64,000 nt of DNA from Candidatus Latescibacterota bacterium (GTDB lineage: Bacteria; Latescibacterota; UBA2968; UBA8231): positions 1,440,001-1,504,000 of the forward strand of contig CBDCSU010000006.1 in assembly GCA_965221775.1 (NCBI GenBank). Reading direction: 5' to 3'. Positions 34,042 to 44,894 of the stretch are shown one piece after another; the stretch's first letter is position 1; each line of letters starts with the position of its first letter. The notes beneath the pieces are model-generated. The model had not been told where the DNA came from and ran no database searches. It saw nothing but the letters and a program-made list of their open reading frames with translations. A program made the position numbers and the translations under genes.

Positions 34042-35291
34042 ACGATGTAGCGGATCGCCTCGACCGGCTGCAGGGAGGCGGCCTTGCGCGCCGGCAGCAC
34101 CGCCGCGAGCAGGCAGATGGTGATGCTCACGGCGGAGACGATGACGAAGTCGAGGGGCTGCATGTCGACGGGGAGGGAGCTGATGATGTAGATGTCGCTG
34201 GGGATGGAGACGATGCGGAAGCGGTCCTGGACGAGGCAGACGCCGAGGCCGATGAGGCAGCCGAGGAAGGTCCCCACGAGGCCGATGAAGAGCCCCTGGT
34301 AGAGGAAGACGCGGCCGATGCCCGGGGCGCGGGCGCCCATGGCGCGGAGGATGCCGATCTCCGGGGTCTTGATGAGGATCGACATGGTGAGGATGGAGGT
34401 GATGTTGAAGGCGGCGACGACGATGATCAGGCTCAGGGCGATGAAGATCACCCATTTCTCCAGCTCCATCCACTGAAAGAGCTCGGGGAACTGCTGGGTC
34501 CAGTCGGAGACCCGGTAGGGGTAGCCGAGGTGCTCGGCCAGATCCTCGCGCATGCCGACGGCGGCGTCGAGGTCGCCGAGGCGGAGGTGAATGTTGGTGG
34601 CCCCGTCGACGCCGAGGATCTCGCGCGCCTTCTCGAGGGAGATGAAGGCGAAGTTGTCGTCGTAGTGGAACATGCCGCTCTCGAAGAGGTTGTTGACGAC
34701 GAAGGAGCGCACCTTGGGCGTGAGGCCGCCGATCATGACGTCCTCGAGGGACTGCTCCCGCAGGGAGAGGAGGAAGACCACGTCCCCCAGACCGACACGC
34801 AGCCGGTCGGCCAGGTTGCGGCCGAGGATGATCCCCGGGGGTCCGCCCCCCGCCCGGGGCTGGAAGTGCATCTCGCCGTCGTCGCCGTAGACGAGGTGGG
34901 CGGGCAGGTCGGAGACGCCGGCGAAGCTGCCGGGCTCGACGCCCCAGACGACGACGCCGTCCATGTCGTCCTCGGCGTTGGCGAGGACGAGCTTGCTCTC
35001 GACGATGGGGGCCGTGGCCACCACCCCCGGCCGGCGGGCGAGCTGGCCGGCCAGGGTGTCGGCGGCGGCGATGGGGTCGCCGTGGTAGCGCCAGACGCTG
35101 ACGTGGGCGTTCATGCCGATGAGGCGGGCCTTCACCTCGCCGGTGAAGCCGTTGGTCACGGAGAGCATGATGATGAGGGCGGCCACGCCCAGGACGACGC
35201 CGCCGGTGGCGATGAAGGCGATGACCGAGAGGAACCCCGGGCGCTGCTTGGACTGCAGGTAGCGCCGGGAGACGAAGAGCTCGTAGCTCAC
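34038..35291 (-). CDS. lipoprotein-releasing ABC permease (LolC/E/F)
   Basis: ELFVSRRYL, LSVTNGF, AAFNI, PARKAA..PVEAIRY. Confidence 0.9.
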   Translation of the reverse strand: MSYELFVSRRYLQSKQRPGFLSVIAFIATGGVVLGVAALIIMLSVTNGFTGEVKARLIGMNAHVSVWRYHGDPIAAADTLAGQLARRPGVVATAPIVESKLVLANAEDDMDGVVVWGVEPGSFAGVSDLPAHLVYGDDGEMHFQPRAGGGPPGIILGRNLADRLRVGLGDVVFLLSLREQSLEDVMIGGLTPKVRSFVVNNLFESGMFHYDDNFAFISLEKAREILGVDGATNIHLRLGDLDAAVGMREDLAEHLGYPYRVSDWTQQFPELFQWMELEKWVIFIALSLIIVVAAFNITSILTMSILIKTPEIGILRAMGARAPGIGRVFLYQGLFIGLVGTFLGCLIGLGVCLVQDRFRIVSIPSDIYIISSLPVDMQPLDFVIVSAVSITICLLAAVLPARKAASLQPVEAIRYIV

Positions 35292-35295
35292 GCCC

Positions 35296-36394
35296 CTAAA
35301 CCGTCCGGTCGGCGGTGAGGAATGCCTCGATGAAGGCGTCGATGTCGCCGTCCATCACGGCCTGCACGTTGGCCGACTCGTGGCCGGTGCGGTGGTCCTT
35401 GACCATGGTGTAGGGCTGGAAGACGTAGGAGCGGATCTGGCTGCCGAAGTCGATCGCCTTCTTGGTGCTCTCCACGGCCTCCATCTTCTTGCGTTCCTCC
35501 TGCTTGTGGTGATCGTAAATCCTCGCCGTGAGAACCTTCATGGCGGTGCTCTTGTTCTTCATCTGGGAGCGCTCGTTCTGGCACTGCACGGTGATCCCCG
35601 TGGGCCGGTGGGTGATGCGCACCGCCGAGGAGGTCTTGTTGACGTGCTGCCCCCCGGCGCCCCCGGCCTTGTAGGTGTCGATCTGCAGGTCCTCCTCGCG
35701 CAGCTCGACCTCGGGGATCTCGTCGACCTCGGGGTAGACGAAGACGCTGGCGAAGGAGGTGTGGCGGCGCTTGTTGGCGTCGAAGGGCGAGATGCGCACG
35801 AGGCGGTGGACGCCGGCCTCGGCCTTGAGATGGCCGTAGGCGTAGGGGCCGCGGATCTCGAGGGTGACGCTCTTGACGCCGGCCTCGTCGCCGGGCTGCA
35901 GGTCCATGAGATCGGACTCGAAGCCGCGGCGCTCGATCCAGCGGCCGTAGAGGCGCATGAGCATGCCGGCCCAGTCGGCGGCCTCGGTGCCGCCGGCGCC
36001 CGGGTGGATCTCGAGGATGGCGTCCTTGGGGTCGTCCTCGTCCGAGAGCATGGCCTGGAACTCCAGGCGGTCCAGCTCGCCGCCGAGGGTTGCGGCCTCG
36101 GCCTCGACCTCGGCCAGGGTCCCGGCATCCGCCTCGGCGGCGGCCAGATCGCGCAGCTCCAGGAGGTCGTCGAGGCGGGACCTGAGCCCGTCCCAGGGCT
36201 CGATGGCGTCCCTCAGCCCGCGGGCCTGGCGCGAGACCTCCTCGGCGGCGCGACGGTCGTTCCAGAAGTCGCCCTGTCCCATGCGCCGCTCCAGCTCGGC
36301 CAGGCTCTGCCGGCGCCGGTCGAGGTCAAAGATACCCCCGGAGCCGTTCCAGCCGTTCGGCGCAGTCGAACAGGATCTCCTCGTTGGCGGCCAT
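35296..36394 (-). CDS. prfB: peptide chain release factor 2 (+1 programmed frameshift)
   Basis: MAANEE..RGYL then GGGGGTATCTTTGAC shift site; SPF and GGQ motifs in the +1 frame. Confidence 0.96.
36325..36339 (-). promoter_or_regulatory. prfB frameshift cassette (internal SD + CTT TGA C)
   Basis: GGGGG TAT CTT TGA C. Confidence 0.95.
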
Positions 36395-36406
36395 GGATTC
36401 GCTCCT

Positions 36407-36952
36407 TCAGTCCTCGGGTTCGTTGTAGCGTTCGAAGGTGAGCCTCTCGGCCCGGGCCTCCTCGGGAATCTCGAAGAGCAGCTCCTCGTCGATGGTCTCG
36501 TCGCGATCGAGGTGGAAGCGGTCCCCGAGGCGGATGAACATGGGCGAGCGCGACATCGGGTAGTAGCGCGTGCCGTCGTCGGTGACCAGCTCGAAGCACC
36601 GGGGCACGACGGGGTAGCCGATCTTGAGGCGCGCCTCCATCCGGACCCGCACGAGGACGAACTTGCGGCCCTTCTCCGGGTAGCCGTGGAAGAAGTGCAG
36701 GTAGCGGACGCCGCCGTCCTCGGGGACGCTCCACCGGATCGGCTTCTGGAGACGGCCCAGCAGGTCGGGGAGTTCCTCGAGCTGGCCCACCGAGCCGCCG
36801 GTGAAAATGGCGAGCTTCCAGGCCATGACGCCGCCGCCGCCGACCACGCAGCCGGCGATCACCCCCCAGCGGATCATGCGCATGCGCCGGGCGAAGCGCT
36901 GGCGCCGTTGGCTGCGGGAGCTGTCGCGGGATGGCGCGGCGGGCTGCTTCAC
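36407..36952 (-). CDS. hypothetical membrane-anchored protein (DUF4352-like Ig fold)
   Basis: Basic N-terminus, one TM helix, FVLVRVRM..FELVTDDG..LLFEIP pattern. Confidence 0.6.
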   Translation of the reverse strand: MKQPAAPSRDSSRSQRRQRFARRMRMIRWGVIAGCVVGGGGVMAWKLAIFTGGSVGQLEELPDLLGRLQKPIRWSVPEDGGVRYLHFFHGYPEKGRKFVLVRVRMEARLKIGYPVVPRCFELVTDDGTRYYPMSRSPMFIRLGDRFHLDRDETIDEELLFEIPEEARAERLTFERYNEPED

Positions 36953-37007
36953 GGCGAGAGAAGGTACGGCGCGCCCCCGTGGGCTGCCAAAGGGAGAGGC
37001 GGCCCCT

Positions 37008-38726
37008 TCAGAGCCCGCGCAGGACGGCGATCCTGCCGGTGCGGCGGAAGGAGTCGCCCTCCAGGCGGTAGTAGTAGACGCCGGAGGCGAAGTCGCCGCC
37101 GACCTCCCAGGAGAGGGCGAGCCCCGGCAGGTGGTAGGTCCCGGCGGGCAGGCGCCGGTCGATGACGTGGACCAGGGCGCCGGCGGCGTCGAAAAGGCGC
37201 AGGGAGAGGCTCTCGGCCCCGGCGAGGTCGACGGGGAAGTGGACGGTGGGAGAGAGGCCGCGGGCGGGGTTGGGGAAGGGCGCGAAGGCGGCGCTGTCCA
37301 GCGGCCTCGGGGCCTTCAGGCCGCTGGCCCGGGCGGCGTCAACGCGCCCCCAGCCGTAGAGGGTGTCGGGTCCCGCCGGACCGAGGTCGACGGCGGTGGA
37401 GCGCAGGGCGGAGGCCACGTCCTCGGGGGTCCAGCGGGGGTGCTGCTGCAGCAGCAGGGCGCAGACGCCGGCGGCGATGGGGGCGGCGTAGGAGGTGCCC
37501 GAGACGAGGGAGTACTCGCGCAGCGAGAACGGTTCCGAGCCCTCGGCGGCGCCGCGGCCCGAGACGGTGTAGACCCCCTGCCCCGGGGCGACGACGTCGG
37601 GCTTGATGCGGCCGTCCGCCGTGGGGCCGCGGGAGCTGTAGGCGGCGATCTCCCCGCTTACGGGGTGCACCGAGCCGACGGCGATGACCCCGGGGGCGTC
37701 GGCGGGCACGGTGACGTAGCGCCAGTCGCCGAGGGCCTCGTTGCCGGCGGCGGCGACGACGACGATCCCGCGGGCCACGGCCAGCTCCGCGGCGCGGCTG
37801 GTGAGGGCGGTGGCCCCGTCCAGGTCTTCCCAGTCGTACCCGGTGCCGTCGTCGAAGCGGGTATAGCCGACCGAGGCGTTGACCACCCGGGCGCCGAGGC
37901 TGTCGGCCCACTCGATGGCGGCGACCCAGCGGTCCTCCTCGATGGGCAGCTCCCTCCCCACGCCGCCCTCGGAAGGCGTGACGTCCTCGGTCTTGGCCAG
38001 CAGGTACTCGGCGGCCGGCGCCACCCCGATCAGGCGGCCGGGGTCGTTGCCGGCGATCACCCCGAGGACACCGGTGCCGTGGATGTTCTGGCCATGGGCG
38101 GCTTCCTCCCCGGTGACCGGCTGCCCGGACTCGTCGCCGACCTCGTCGTCGCCGTTGATGAAGTCCCGGGCGGCGGCGACCCGCAGGCCGGCGAAGGCGG
38201 CGTGGGCCCTCCAGTTGAAACCGGCGTCGATGAGGGCGACGCGCACGCCCTCGCCGAGGAGGCCGCGGGCGTGGAGGAGGGGGACGTCGACGGCGGCCAC
38301 CTGCGCCAGGGAGGCGCCGTAGTCGAGGTCGGCCGGGCGCGGAGCGACGCGGCCGGGAGCAGGGTCGACGGGAAGGGCCGGGGAGGGCCGCCGCCAGCGG
38401 CGCACGGGGCGCACCTCGCGCACGAAGGAGAGGCGGCGAAGGCGGTCGGCCTGGCCGGGGCCGGCGTCGACGCTGACGGCGTTGAACCAGCGCGAGCGCG
38501 CACGGAGGCGGAGGCCGAGGGCCTCGACGGCGGCGGTGTAGCGGCGGTCGAGACCGGCGTCGAGGGCGGGGCCGGGGCGGACGCGGCGGGGCTCCGGCCA
38601 GGCGAGGGCCTCCCCCCGGTGCCCGGGCTTGTCGGCGAAGAACACCCAGAGGGGCTCGGCGGCGGCGAAGGCGGGAAGGAGGAGAGCGGCGCCCGCGGCC
38701 AGGAGGGACCGGCGGAGGATGGGCAT
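37008..38726 (-). CDS. secreted S8 (subtilisin-like) serine peptidase with FlgD/T9SS-like C-terminal domain
   Basis: Catalytic triad IDAG, HGTGV, GTSYAAP; KPDVVAPG; PFPNP..SGVYYYRL tail. Confidence 0.9.
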   Translation of the reverse strand: MPILRRSLLAAGAALLLPAFAAAEPLWVFFADKPGHRGEALAWPEPRRVRPGPALDAGLDRRYTAAVEALGLRLRARSRWFNAVSVDAGPGQADRLRRLSFVREVRPVRRWRRPSPALPVDPAPGRVAPRPADLDYGASLAQVAAVDVPLLHARGLLGEGVRVALIDAGFNWRAHAAFAGLRVAAARDFINGDDEVGDESGQPVTGEEAAHGQNIHGTGVLGVIAGNDPGRLIGVAPAAEYLLAKTEDVTPSEGGVGRELPIEEDRWVAAIEWADSLGARVVNASVGYTRFDDGTGYDWEDLDGATALTSRAAELAVARGIVVVAAAGNEALGDWRYVTVPADAPGVIAVGSVHPVSGEIAAYSSRGPTADGRIKPDVVAPGQGVYTVSGRGAAEGSEPFSLREYSLVSGTSYAAPIAAGVCALLLQQHPRWTPEDVASALRSTAVDLGPAGPDTLYGWGRVDAARASGLKAPRPLDSAAFAPFPNPARGLSPTVHFPVDLAGAESLSLRLFDAAGALVHVIDRRLPAGTYHLPGLALSWEVGGDFASGVYYYRLEGDSFRRTGRIAVLRGL

Positions 38727-38727
38727 C

Positions 38728-39393
38728 TCAGGGTTCGGCCGGGGTCCGGCGGTCGATGATCTCGGTGCCCTCGGGAGGGGTGAAGCGGAAGAGGCCGTCG
38801 TCGAGGCGGCCGTCCCGGCGGTGGCCGCTGAGGATGAAGATGCTCACGTCGTCGTTGGGCTCGACCTGCTCGATGCGCAGCAGACGCCAGCCTCTCTCCT
38901 CCACCCACAGGCGCATGCGCTTGAGCCTCAGGGCGGGGGGCACGTCCTCGGTGGGCTGCAGGGTCAGCATGTAGACCTCGCGCCCCTCCAGGTCGGTGCG
39001 CTGCACGGCGACGGGACGGTAGCCGTCGGCGTACTCGACGAGGACCTCCCACGGCGTCCGCAGCACGCCCCCGTCGTAGGGGGAGACGATGACCTGCTCG
39101 TTGGTCTTGCTGTAGGCCCAGATCGCCTCGCCGTCGGCGACGACGAGGTCGCCGCCCTCTAGCTGCACGCGGAAACGCCCCGGCCTGTGGGTGTAGATCT
39201 TCCCCTGGCGGGTGGCGTGCTTGTCGAGGACGGCCCAGTAGAACCGCTTCTCGAAGCTGGCCTCGTAGGTGCGCGCCCTGGCGAAACGGTCGCGGACCCG
39301 CTCCATGATCTCGTCACCGGTGACGGCGGCGGCGGGCGAGGGCCGCCACGGGGCGGCCAGGACCACCGCCCACAGGAAGGGCGCGAACCTCAC
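38728..39393 (-). CDS. lolA: outer-membrane lipoprotein carrier LolA
   Basis: Signal peptide, RPGRFR, VADGEAIWAY, FRFTPPEG; follows ftsK. Confidence 0.85.
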   Translation of the reverse strand: MRFAPFLWAVVLAAPWRPSPAAAVTGDEIMERVRDRFARARTYEASFEKRFYWAVLDKHATRQGKIYTHRPGRFRVQLEGGDLVVADGEAIWAYSKTNEQVIVSPYDGGVLRTPWEVLVEYADGYRPVAVQRTDLEGREVYMLTLQPTEDVPPALRLKRMRLWVEERGWRLLRIEQVEPNDDVSIFILSGHRRDGRLDDGLFRFTPPEGTEIIDRRTPAEP

Positions 39394-41822
39394 GAGGCCC
39401 CTTCTTCGGCCGGGTCGTCGCCGCCCTCGGCGAGGATGCGCCTCGGCCTGGCGCCCTCGGCGGGCCCGACGATGCCGGCGAGTTCCAGCTCGTCCATGAG
39501 CCGGGCGGCCCGGGAGTAGCCCACCTTCATGCGCCGCTGCAGGTAGGAGGTGCTCGCCTGCTTGGACTCCAGGACGATGGCGACGGCCTCGTCGAAGAGC
39601 TCGTCGCGGTCGCCGGCGTCCTCTCCCGAGCCGCCGCGGGCGGAGAACACCTGCACCTCCTCGGCCTGGTAGCCGCTGTTGCGGATCTGCTCCACGAGGC
39701 GCTCGGTCTCCTCGCCGGAGATGAAGGCGCCGTGGATGCGGATCGGCTCGCCCTGGCCGCTGCGCAGGAAGAGCATGTCGCCGCGGCCGAGGAGGCGCTC
39801 GGCGCCGTTCATGTCGAGGATGGTGCGCGAATCGGTCTTGGAGGCGACGAGGAAGGCGATGCGCGAGGGGAAGTTGGCCTTGATGACGCCGGTGATGACG
39901 TTCACCGAGGGGCGCTGGGTGGCGAGGATGATGTGGATGCCCACGGCCCGGGACTTCTGGGCCAGGCCCATGAGCGAGGCTTCCACGTCGGCGGGAGCGG
40001 TGAGCATGAGGTCGGCGAACTCGTCGATGACGATGACGATGTAGGGGAGCTTGCGCACCTCCTCGCCCTCGGCGGCGCCCTCGGCCCCCGGGCCGTCGGC
40101 GAGGATGCGCTCCACCTTGGCGTTGTAGTCGGCGAGGTTGCGCACCGCCATCCGGGCCAGCAGCTGATAGCGGGCCTCCATCTCGGCCACGGCCCAGCGC
40201 AGGGCCTCGGCGGCCTTCTTCGGCTCGGTGATGACGGGCACCAGGAGATGGGGGATGTCGTTGTAGATGGTCAGCTCCACGACCTTGGGATCGACCATCA
40301 GCAGGCGGACCTCGTCGGGCGAGGCGCGCAGCAGGAGGCTGCAGATCAGGGTGTTGATGCAGACGCTCTTGCCCGACCCGGTGGCGCCGGCGACCAGCAG
40401 GTGGGGCATCTTCGCCAGGTCGGTGACGTAGGTGTCGCCGGCGATCGTCTTGCCGAGGGCCATGGCGAGCTCGGAATCGTCGCGGCGGAAGGCGCGGGAC
40501 TCGACGATCTCGCGGAGGTAGACGGTCTCGCGGCCCTGGTTGGCGATCTCCACGCCGACGACGGACTTGCCGGGCACCGGCGCCTGGATGCGGATCCCCT
40601 CGGCGCTCATGACCCGGGCGAGATCGTCGGCCAGGGCCGAGATGCGCCCCACCTTGACGCCGGCGGCGGGCTCCACCTCGTAGCGGGTCACCACCGGACC
40701 GGGGCTCACCTCCACGACCTTCCCCATGACGTCGAAGTTGGCCATCGCCTCCTGCAGGACGCGGGCGTTCTCGAGCAGGGTCTCGCGGTCGACCTGCCCG
40801 CGGTCGGCCGGCACCGGATCCAGCAACTTGGTCCCCGGCGGGCGGTAGCGGCGGATCCGGGGGCGGGGCCTGGCGGCGCCGGAGGCCGAGGCGGAACCTC
40901 CGGACTCCGGGCGGGAACGGCCGTTGCCCGCCGACCCGTTGCGGACCCGCCGAGCCGGCGGAGGCTCCTCAACGACCGGCAGGGGCGGCTCCCGCGGAGG
41001 GCTGTCCCCCGGAGGGACGACCTCCTGAAGGGGGTCCTCTTCCAGGAGCCCCACCGGCCTGCCCGGCGCCTCCGGCTCCTGGGGCTCTTCCGACTCGGGC
41101 GGGGGCGGCGGCGCTCGGCTCACCGGCTCGTCCATGGAAACCGTCATCGGCGCGTTCTCCGGCCCCGTCCCGCGCGCAGCCGGGGGACGCCCGGGCTCCC
41201 CGGGGGGTTCCGGCGGCTCCTCCTCCCAGACGTCGTGATCCGCTTCGGCCCGGGCCTGGCGGCCGTGGCGACGGCGGCTGCGCCATTCGGCCAGGGCCTG
41301 CGCCCAGCGGCGGGGATCGATGTCGGTGACCAGCACCAGGGAGACCCCGAGGAGGCCGATGAGCAGGATGGCGGAGCCGATGCGCCCGGTGAAGGGAATG
41401 AGGACGCCGGCGCTTGCCCAGGTGCCGAGCCAGCCCCCCCACTCGAAGGCGGTGTAGGGGGACCAGCCGGGCAGGCCGGAACCGACGGAGAGGAACAGAC
41501 CGATGCCGGCGATGCCGAGGGAACGGGCGGCGTACGGCTTGCAGGGGTGCCGGCGGAAGCGGTTCCAGGCCCACAGCACGGAGAGAAGCGGCAGGGTGTA
41601 GGCGGCGTAACCGACGGCGGTGAGCAGGCCGTAGGAGACGTGGGCGCCGAGCCACCCGGCGCGGTTCATGGCCGGCTGTCCGGCCTGGCTGGAGTTGGGC
41701 GGATCCTGGGGGGAATGGGTGGCCAGGCTCAGCACCAGGAAGGCGGCCAGGGCGAGGAGCACCACGCCGATGATGTGGGACCCCTTGTCTCGGGCCACGA
41801 GGGGATCTGGGCGTTCGGCCAT
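39390..41822 (-). CDS. ftsK: DNA translocase FtsK
   Basis: N-terminal TMs, PHLLVAGATGSGKS, DEFADLM, ATQRPS, gamma domain. Confidence 0.96.
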   Translation of the reverse strand: MAERPDPLVARDKGSHIIGVVLLALAAFLVLSLATHSPQDPPNSSQAGQPAMNRAGWLGAHVSYGLLTAVGYAAYTLPLLSVLWAWNRFRRHPCKPYAARSLGIAGIGLFLSVGSGLPGWSPYTAFEWGGWLGTWASAGVLIPFTGRIGSAILLIGLLGVSLVLVTDIDPRRWAQALAEWRSRRRHGRQARAEADHDVWEEEPPEPPGEPGRPPAARGTGPENAPMTVSMDEPVSRAPPPPPESEEPQEPEAPGRPVGLLEEDPLQEVVPPGDSPPREPPLPVVEEPPPARRVRNGSAGNGRSRPESGGSASASGAARPRPRIRRYRPPGTKLLDPVPADRGQVDRETLLENARVLQEAMANFDVMGKVVEVSPGPVVTRYEVEPAAGVKVGRISALADDLARVMSAEGIRIQAPVPGKSVVGVEIANQGRETVYLREIVESRAFRRDDSELAMALGKTIAGDTYVTDLAKMPHLLVAGATGSGKSVCINTLICSLLLRASPDEVRLLMVDPKVVELTIYNDIPHLLVPVITEPKKAAEALRWAVAEMEARYQLLARMAVRNLADYNAKVERILADGPGAEGAAEGEEVRKLPYIVIVIDEFADLMLTAPADVEASLMGLAQKSRAVGIHIILATQRPSVNVITGVIKANFPSRIAFLVASKTDSRTILDMNGAERLLGRGDMLFLRSGQGEPIRIHGAFISGEETERLVEQIRNSGYQAEEVQVFSARGGSGEDAGDRDELFDEAVAIVLESKQASTSYLQRRMKVGYSRAARLMDELELAGIVGPAEGARPRRILAEGGDDPAEEGAS

Positions 41823-41904
41823 GTGGATGCCTGCTCGCCCCGGATGGACGGGACCTGTGGCAAGGGGAAGAAGGAGGACCGGGGGAGGGCCTCCCAAGGT
41901 TCTT

Positions 41905-42780
41905 CTAGCGCCGGGTCACGACCCGCTTGCCGCCGGCGATGCGGCCGCCGGCGCTGGACTGCGCGAAGACCACGTACAGCCCCGGGGCGGCGGGACGCCC
42001 GCGGGCGTCGAGTCCGTCCCAGGCCAGGCGCGTCTCGATGGCGGCGGGGCGCCAGTCGGAGAGCCGCGCGACCCGGCGTCCCTCGGCATCGAAGAGCGTG
42101 ACCGCGAGCAGGGCCGGCGCCGCGGGGAGGCGGCACAGGACCTCGAGGCGGCCGCCGAAGGCTTGGGGCCCGGCCTCGATCTGTATGAGGCCGCCGGCTG
42201 CCGCGGCCTGGTCGACGCTGTTGGCCCGCCCGGGGGTGCCGCCGGCGAGGTAGGAAACCCGCCAGGCGGAAGGCTCCCCGCCTTGGCGCTCCCAAGAGTG
42301 GCCGGCGGTCCCCGCGGAGGGATCGTAGGTGAAGGAGTCGGCCACGGCACCGCGGGCATCGCGCAGGAGAACCGTCTCGGGAGCGGAGTTGGACCAACCC
42401 GCGCGGCCGAAGGACCTGTCTTCAATAGTAAGGATTCCTGCCCACCTTTGCACCGAATCGTAGGCCGCGGAGTTGCCGCGATAGCTGCCGTCGACGACGA
42501 CGGCGAAGGCCCCGGGGGCCAGGCGGGTGCCGGACCCGGCGTCGACGAGGGCGTCCAGCTCCTGGGCGTCGCCGAGGCGCCAACCCGCCAGGTCGACGGA
42601 CTCGGCGCCGGTGTTGCGCAGCTCCACGAACTCCTCGTGGTGCTCGCTGCCGGCGGGATCGGCCAGAACCTCGCTCAGAATCACCCGGGCCTGCGCCGGC
42701 GGCGCCTGGCACCAGAGGACGGCCAGCAGAGCGGCGGCCCGGCGGCGGAGCCGGCGCGTTGAACCAACCCGTGCGGTCAC
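41905..42780 (-). CDS. secreted lamin-tail-domain protein with FlgD-like C-terminal domain
   Basis: ILSEVLADP..EFVELRN..VDLAGWRL, GTPG, WDGLDARG..PGLY. Confidence 0.75.
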   Translation of the reverse strand: MTARVGSTRRLRRRAAALLAVLWCQAPPAQARVILSEVLADPAGSEHHEEFVELRNTGAESVDLAGWRLGDAQELDALVDAGSGTRLAPGAFAVVVDGSYRGNSAAYDSVQRWAGILTIEDRSFGRAGWSNSAPETVLLRDARGAVADSFTYDPSAGTAGHSWERQGGEPSAWRVSYLAGGTPGRANSVDQAAAAGGLIQIEAGPQAFGGRLEVLCRLPAAPALLAVTLFDAEGRRVARLSDWRPAAIETRLAWDGLDARGRPAAPGLYVVFAQSSAGGRIAGGKRVVTRR

Positions 42781-44894
42781 AGCATCCCTCCTCGCTTGCG
42801 GATCACCCACTCCCCGGCAAGCAAAAGGGCGGCCAGCGACAACCACAGGTACTGGTCGACCTCGACGGCCAGACGCCTCTCCTCGGGGACCACCCGCGGC
42901 GGCGGGCGCAGGCGGGCGCGCAGGTCCCGCCAGGCCTCCAGGGGCCGGTACTCGCCGCCGCTGAGGGCGGCGATCTCGGCCAGGAGGCCGGGGTCGGCGC
43001 GCAGATCGACGGCCTCGACGGAGTGGCTCTCGACGACGAAGCGCCCCCCGGAGCGGCCCAGGGCGGCGCCCTCGTGGGAGGCCTGGACCTCATAGGTGTA
43101 CTCTCCGGCTTCCAGACCGGTCCAGGCGGCGCGGAAGCGGCCGGCCCCGGCGGGCTCCATGGCCGACTCGCGCCCGTCCGGCCCCAGGCGGATGCTGACG
43201 CGGGCCGAATCGACGGGCTCGTTGAGCTGGTCGTAGACCTCGGCCACCACCGCGGCGGGCTCGCCGGCGCGGTACACGGGACTCTCCGGGGAGGAGCGGA
43301 CCCGGCCCTCGACCGAGGCCGCGGCCAGCCAGCGGACGGCGGCGGGCCAGAAGGCGCGCAGGCTCCGCGCCTGCTCTCCGAGGCCGGCGGCGAGCAGATC
43401 CAGACGCCAGAAGCCGGTGCCGGCGGCCACCAGCACCCGGCCGGGCCCCACGGACCCGGCCACCAGCACCGGGTCCCCTGCCGATGTGCGCAGCAGCAGG
43501 CGGGACCCCGGCGCCGGGCGGCCCGCTCGAAGGGTGCCCGCCAGGGGCGGCCAGCCGCGCCAGGAGTCCCCGGCCGCGGTCTGCGCCAGCAACCGGCCGA
43601 GGGGATGGCCGCGGCCCTCGGGAGCCGCCTCCACGGGATCCCCGGTGGCCTCGATGACGGCGGGCCGGCCCCCGGAGAGGGGCAGCAGGCGGTCCAGCGG
43701 CCCGGGAGCGCGCAACAAGCGGGATCCGGCGAAGACGAGGAGCCCCCGCCCCGAGCGCAGGAACCCCTCGATCCCGCCGAGGGCGGCGGCCAGGTCCGGG
43801 TCCGGGTCGACCAGGACCAGGCAGTCCCAGCCCTCCGGGCTTTCGGGGAGGGGCTCGCCGCCGTAGAAGGAGCGGCCGTCCCGCCGGATGCGGGCGGTCA
43901 CCTGCAGGGAGGAGTCGGCGGCCAGGGCGCGCCGCAGGAAGGCGGCCTCGGGGCCGGGAGCGCCCGCGGCGAGGAGGACGCGCAGGCGGTGGCGGCGCAG
44001 GTGCAGGGACAGGAGCCGGCGGTTGTTCTGCCCGGTGAGTTCCCCGTCGAGGCCGCCGACGGCGACCGTGAGCAGGTGCGGACCGGCGGCGAGGGGCGGC
44101 AACTCCAGGTCGGCGGGCAGCACCTGGCCGTCGGCGCCGAGGACGACCCGGGAGCTGACGAGCTGCTCCTCCTCGGTGGAGACGCTCACCTGCGCCGCCC
44201 GACCCTGGTATCCCCAGCTGCGCAGGGAGAGACGCAGGCGGAGGGGGCGGCCGGCGAAGGCGGCCTCGGGAGCCGCGGCGGAGAGGAGCTGAACGTCCGC
44301 CGCCGGGTCGCCGGAACCGGTGCCGAGGGCGTAGACCGGCACGCCGAGGGAGGCGGCCACGGCGGCGGGGTCCTCCCCGAGGTTGTGGCGTCCGTCGGAG
44401 ACCAGCAGCACGCCCCCCAGGGTGCGGCCCTCGGGGACGGCGTCCTCGGCGGCGACCAGCGCGGCGGCGAGGTCGGTGGACCAGCCGGCGGCGGCGACCC
44501 GGGAGAGGGTGTCGAGAGCGACAGGATAGGGGCTGCCCGAGAACCCGCGCACCACCGCGTCGCGCAGATCGTCCCGCAGGCCGCCGCCGAGGACCTCCAC
44601 GGCCCGGTGGAGACGGCTGCTGCCCTGCTCGACCACGTTCATGGAGGCGCTGGTGTCGAGGAGGGCGACCACCACCGGCCGGCGGGCGCTGCGGGCCAAC
44701 CAGGAGAGCAGCGGCTCGGCGAGGACCAGGAGGATCAGGGCCAGGGCCGCGGCCCGCAGGACCCAGAGGAGGCGCCCGGTGGCGGGGTCGACGGCGGGCC
44801 GGGTGCGGCGGTAGATCCAGCGGCCCAGCCAGGCGAGGACCGGAACCAGCAGGAGCCAGAGCCAGACCCCGTCCAGGGACCAGCCCGGGGTCAC
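42777..44894 (-). CDS. membrane protein with VWA domain
   Basis: Two N-terminal TMs, LLDTSASM, VSDGRHN, C-terminal EWVIRKRGGML. Confidence 0.75.
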   Translation of the reverse strand: MTPGWSLDGVWLWLLLVPVLAWLGRWIYRRTRPAVDPATGRLLWVLRAAALALILLVLAEPLLSWLARSARRPVVVALLDTSASMNVVEQGSSRLHRAVEVLGGGLRDDLRDAVVRGFSGSPYPVALDTLSRVAAAGWSTDLAAALVAAEDAVPEGRTLGGVLLVSDGRHNLGEDPAAVAASLGVPVYALGTGSGDPAADVQLLSAAAPEAAFAGRPLRLRLSLRSWGYQGRAAQVSVSTEEEQLVSSRVVLGADGQVLPADLELPPLAAGPHLLTVAVGGLDGELTGQNNRRLLSLHLRRHRLRVLLAAGAPGPEAAFLRRALAADSSLQVTARIRRDGRSFYGGEPLPESPEGWDCLVLVDPDPDLAAALGGIEGFLRSGRGLLVFAGSRLLRAPGPLDRLLPLSGGRPAVIEATGDPVEAAPEGRGHPLGRLLAQTAAGDSWRGWPPLAGTLRAGRPAPGSRLLLRTSAGDPVLVAGSVGPGRVLVAAGTGFWRLDLLAAGLGEQARSLRAFWPAAVRWLAAASVEGRVRSSPESPVYRAGEPAAVVAEVYDQLNEPVDSARVSIRLGPDGRESAMEPAGAGRFRAAWTGLEAGEYTYEVQASHEGAALGRSGGRFVVESHSVEAVDLRADPGLLAEIAALSGGEYRPLEAWRDLRARLRPPPRVVPEERRLAVEVDQYLWLSLAALLLAGEWVIRKRGGML

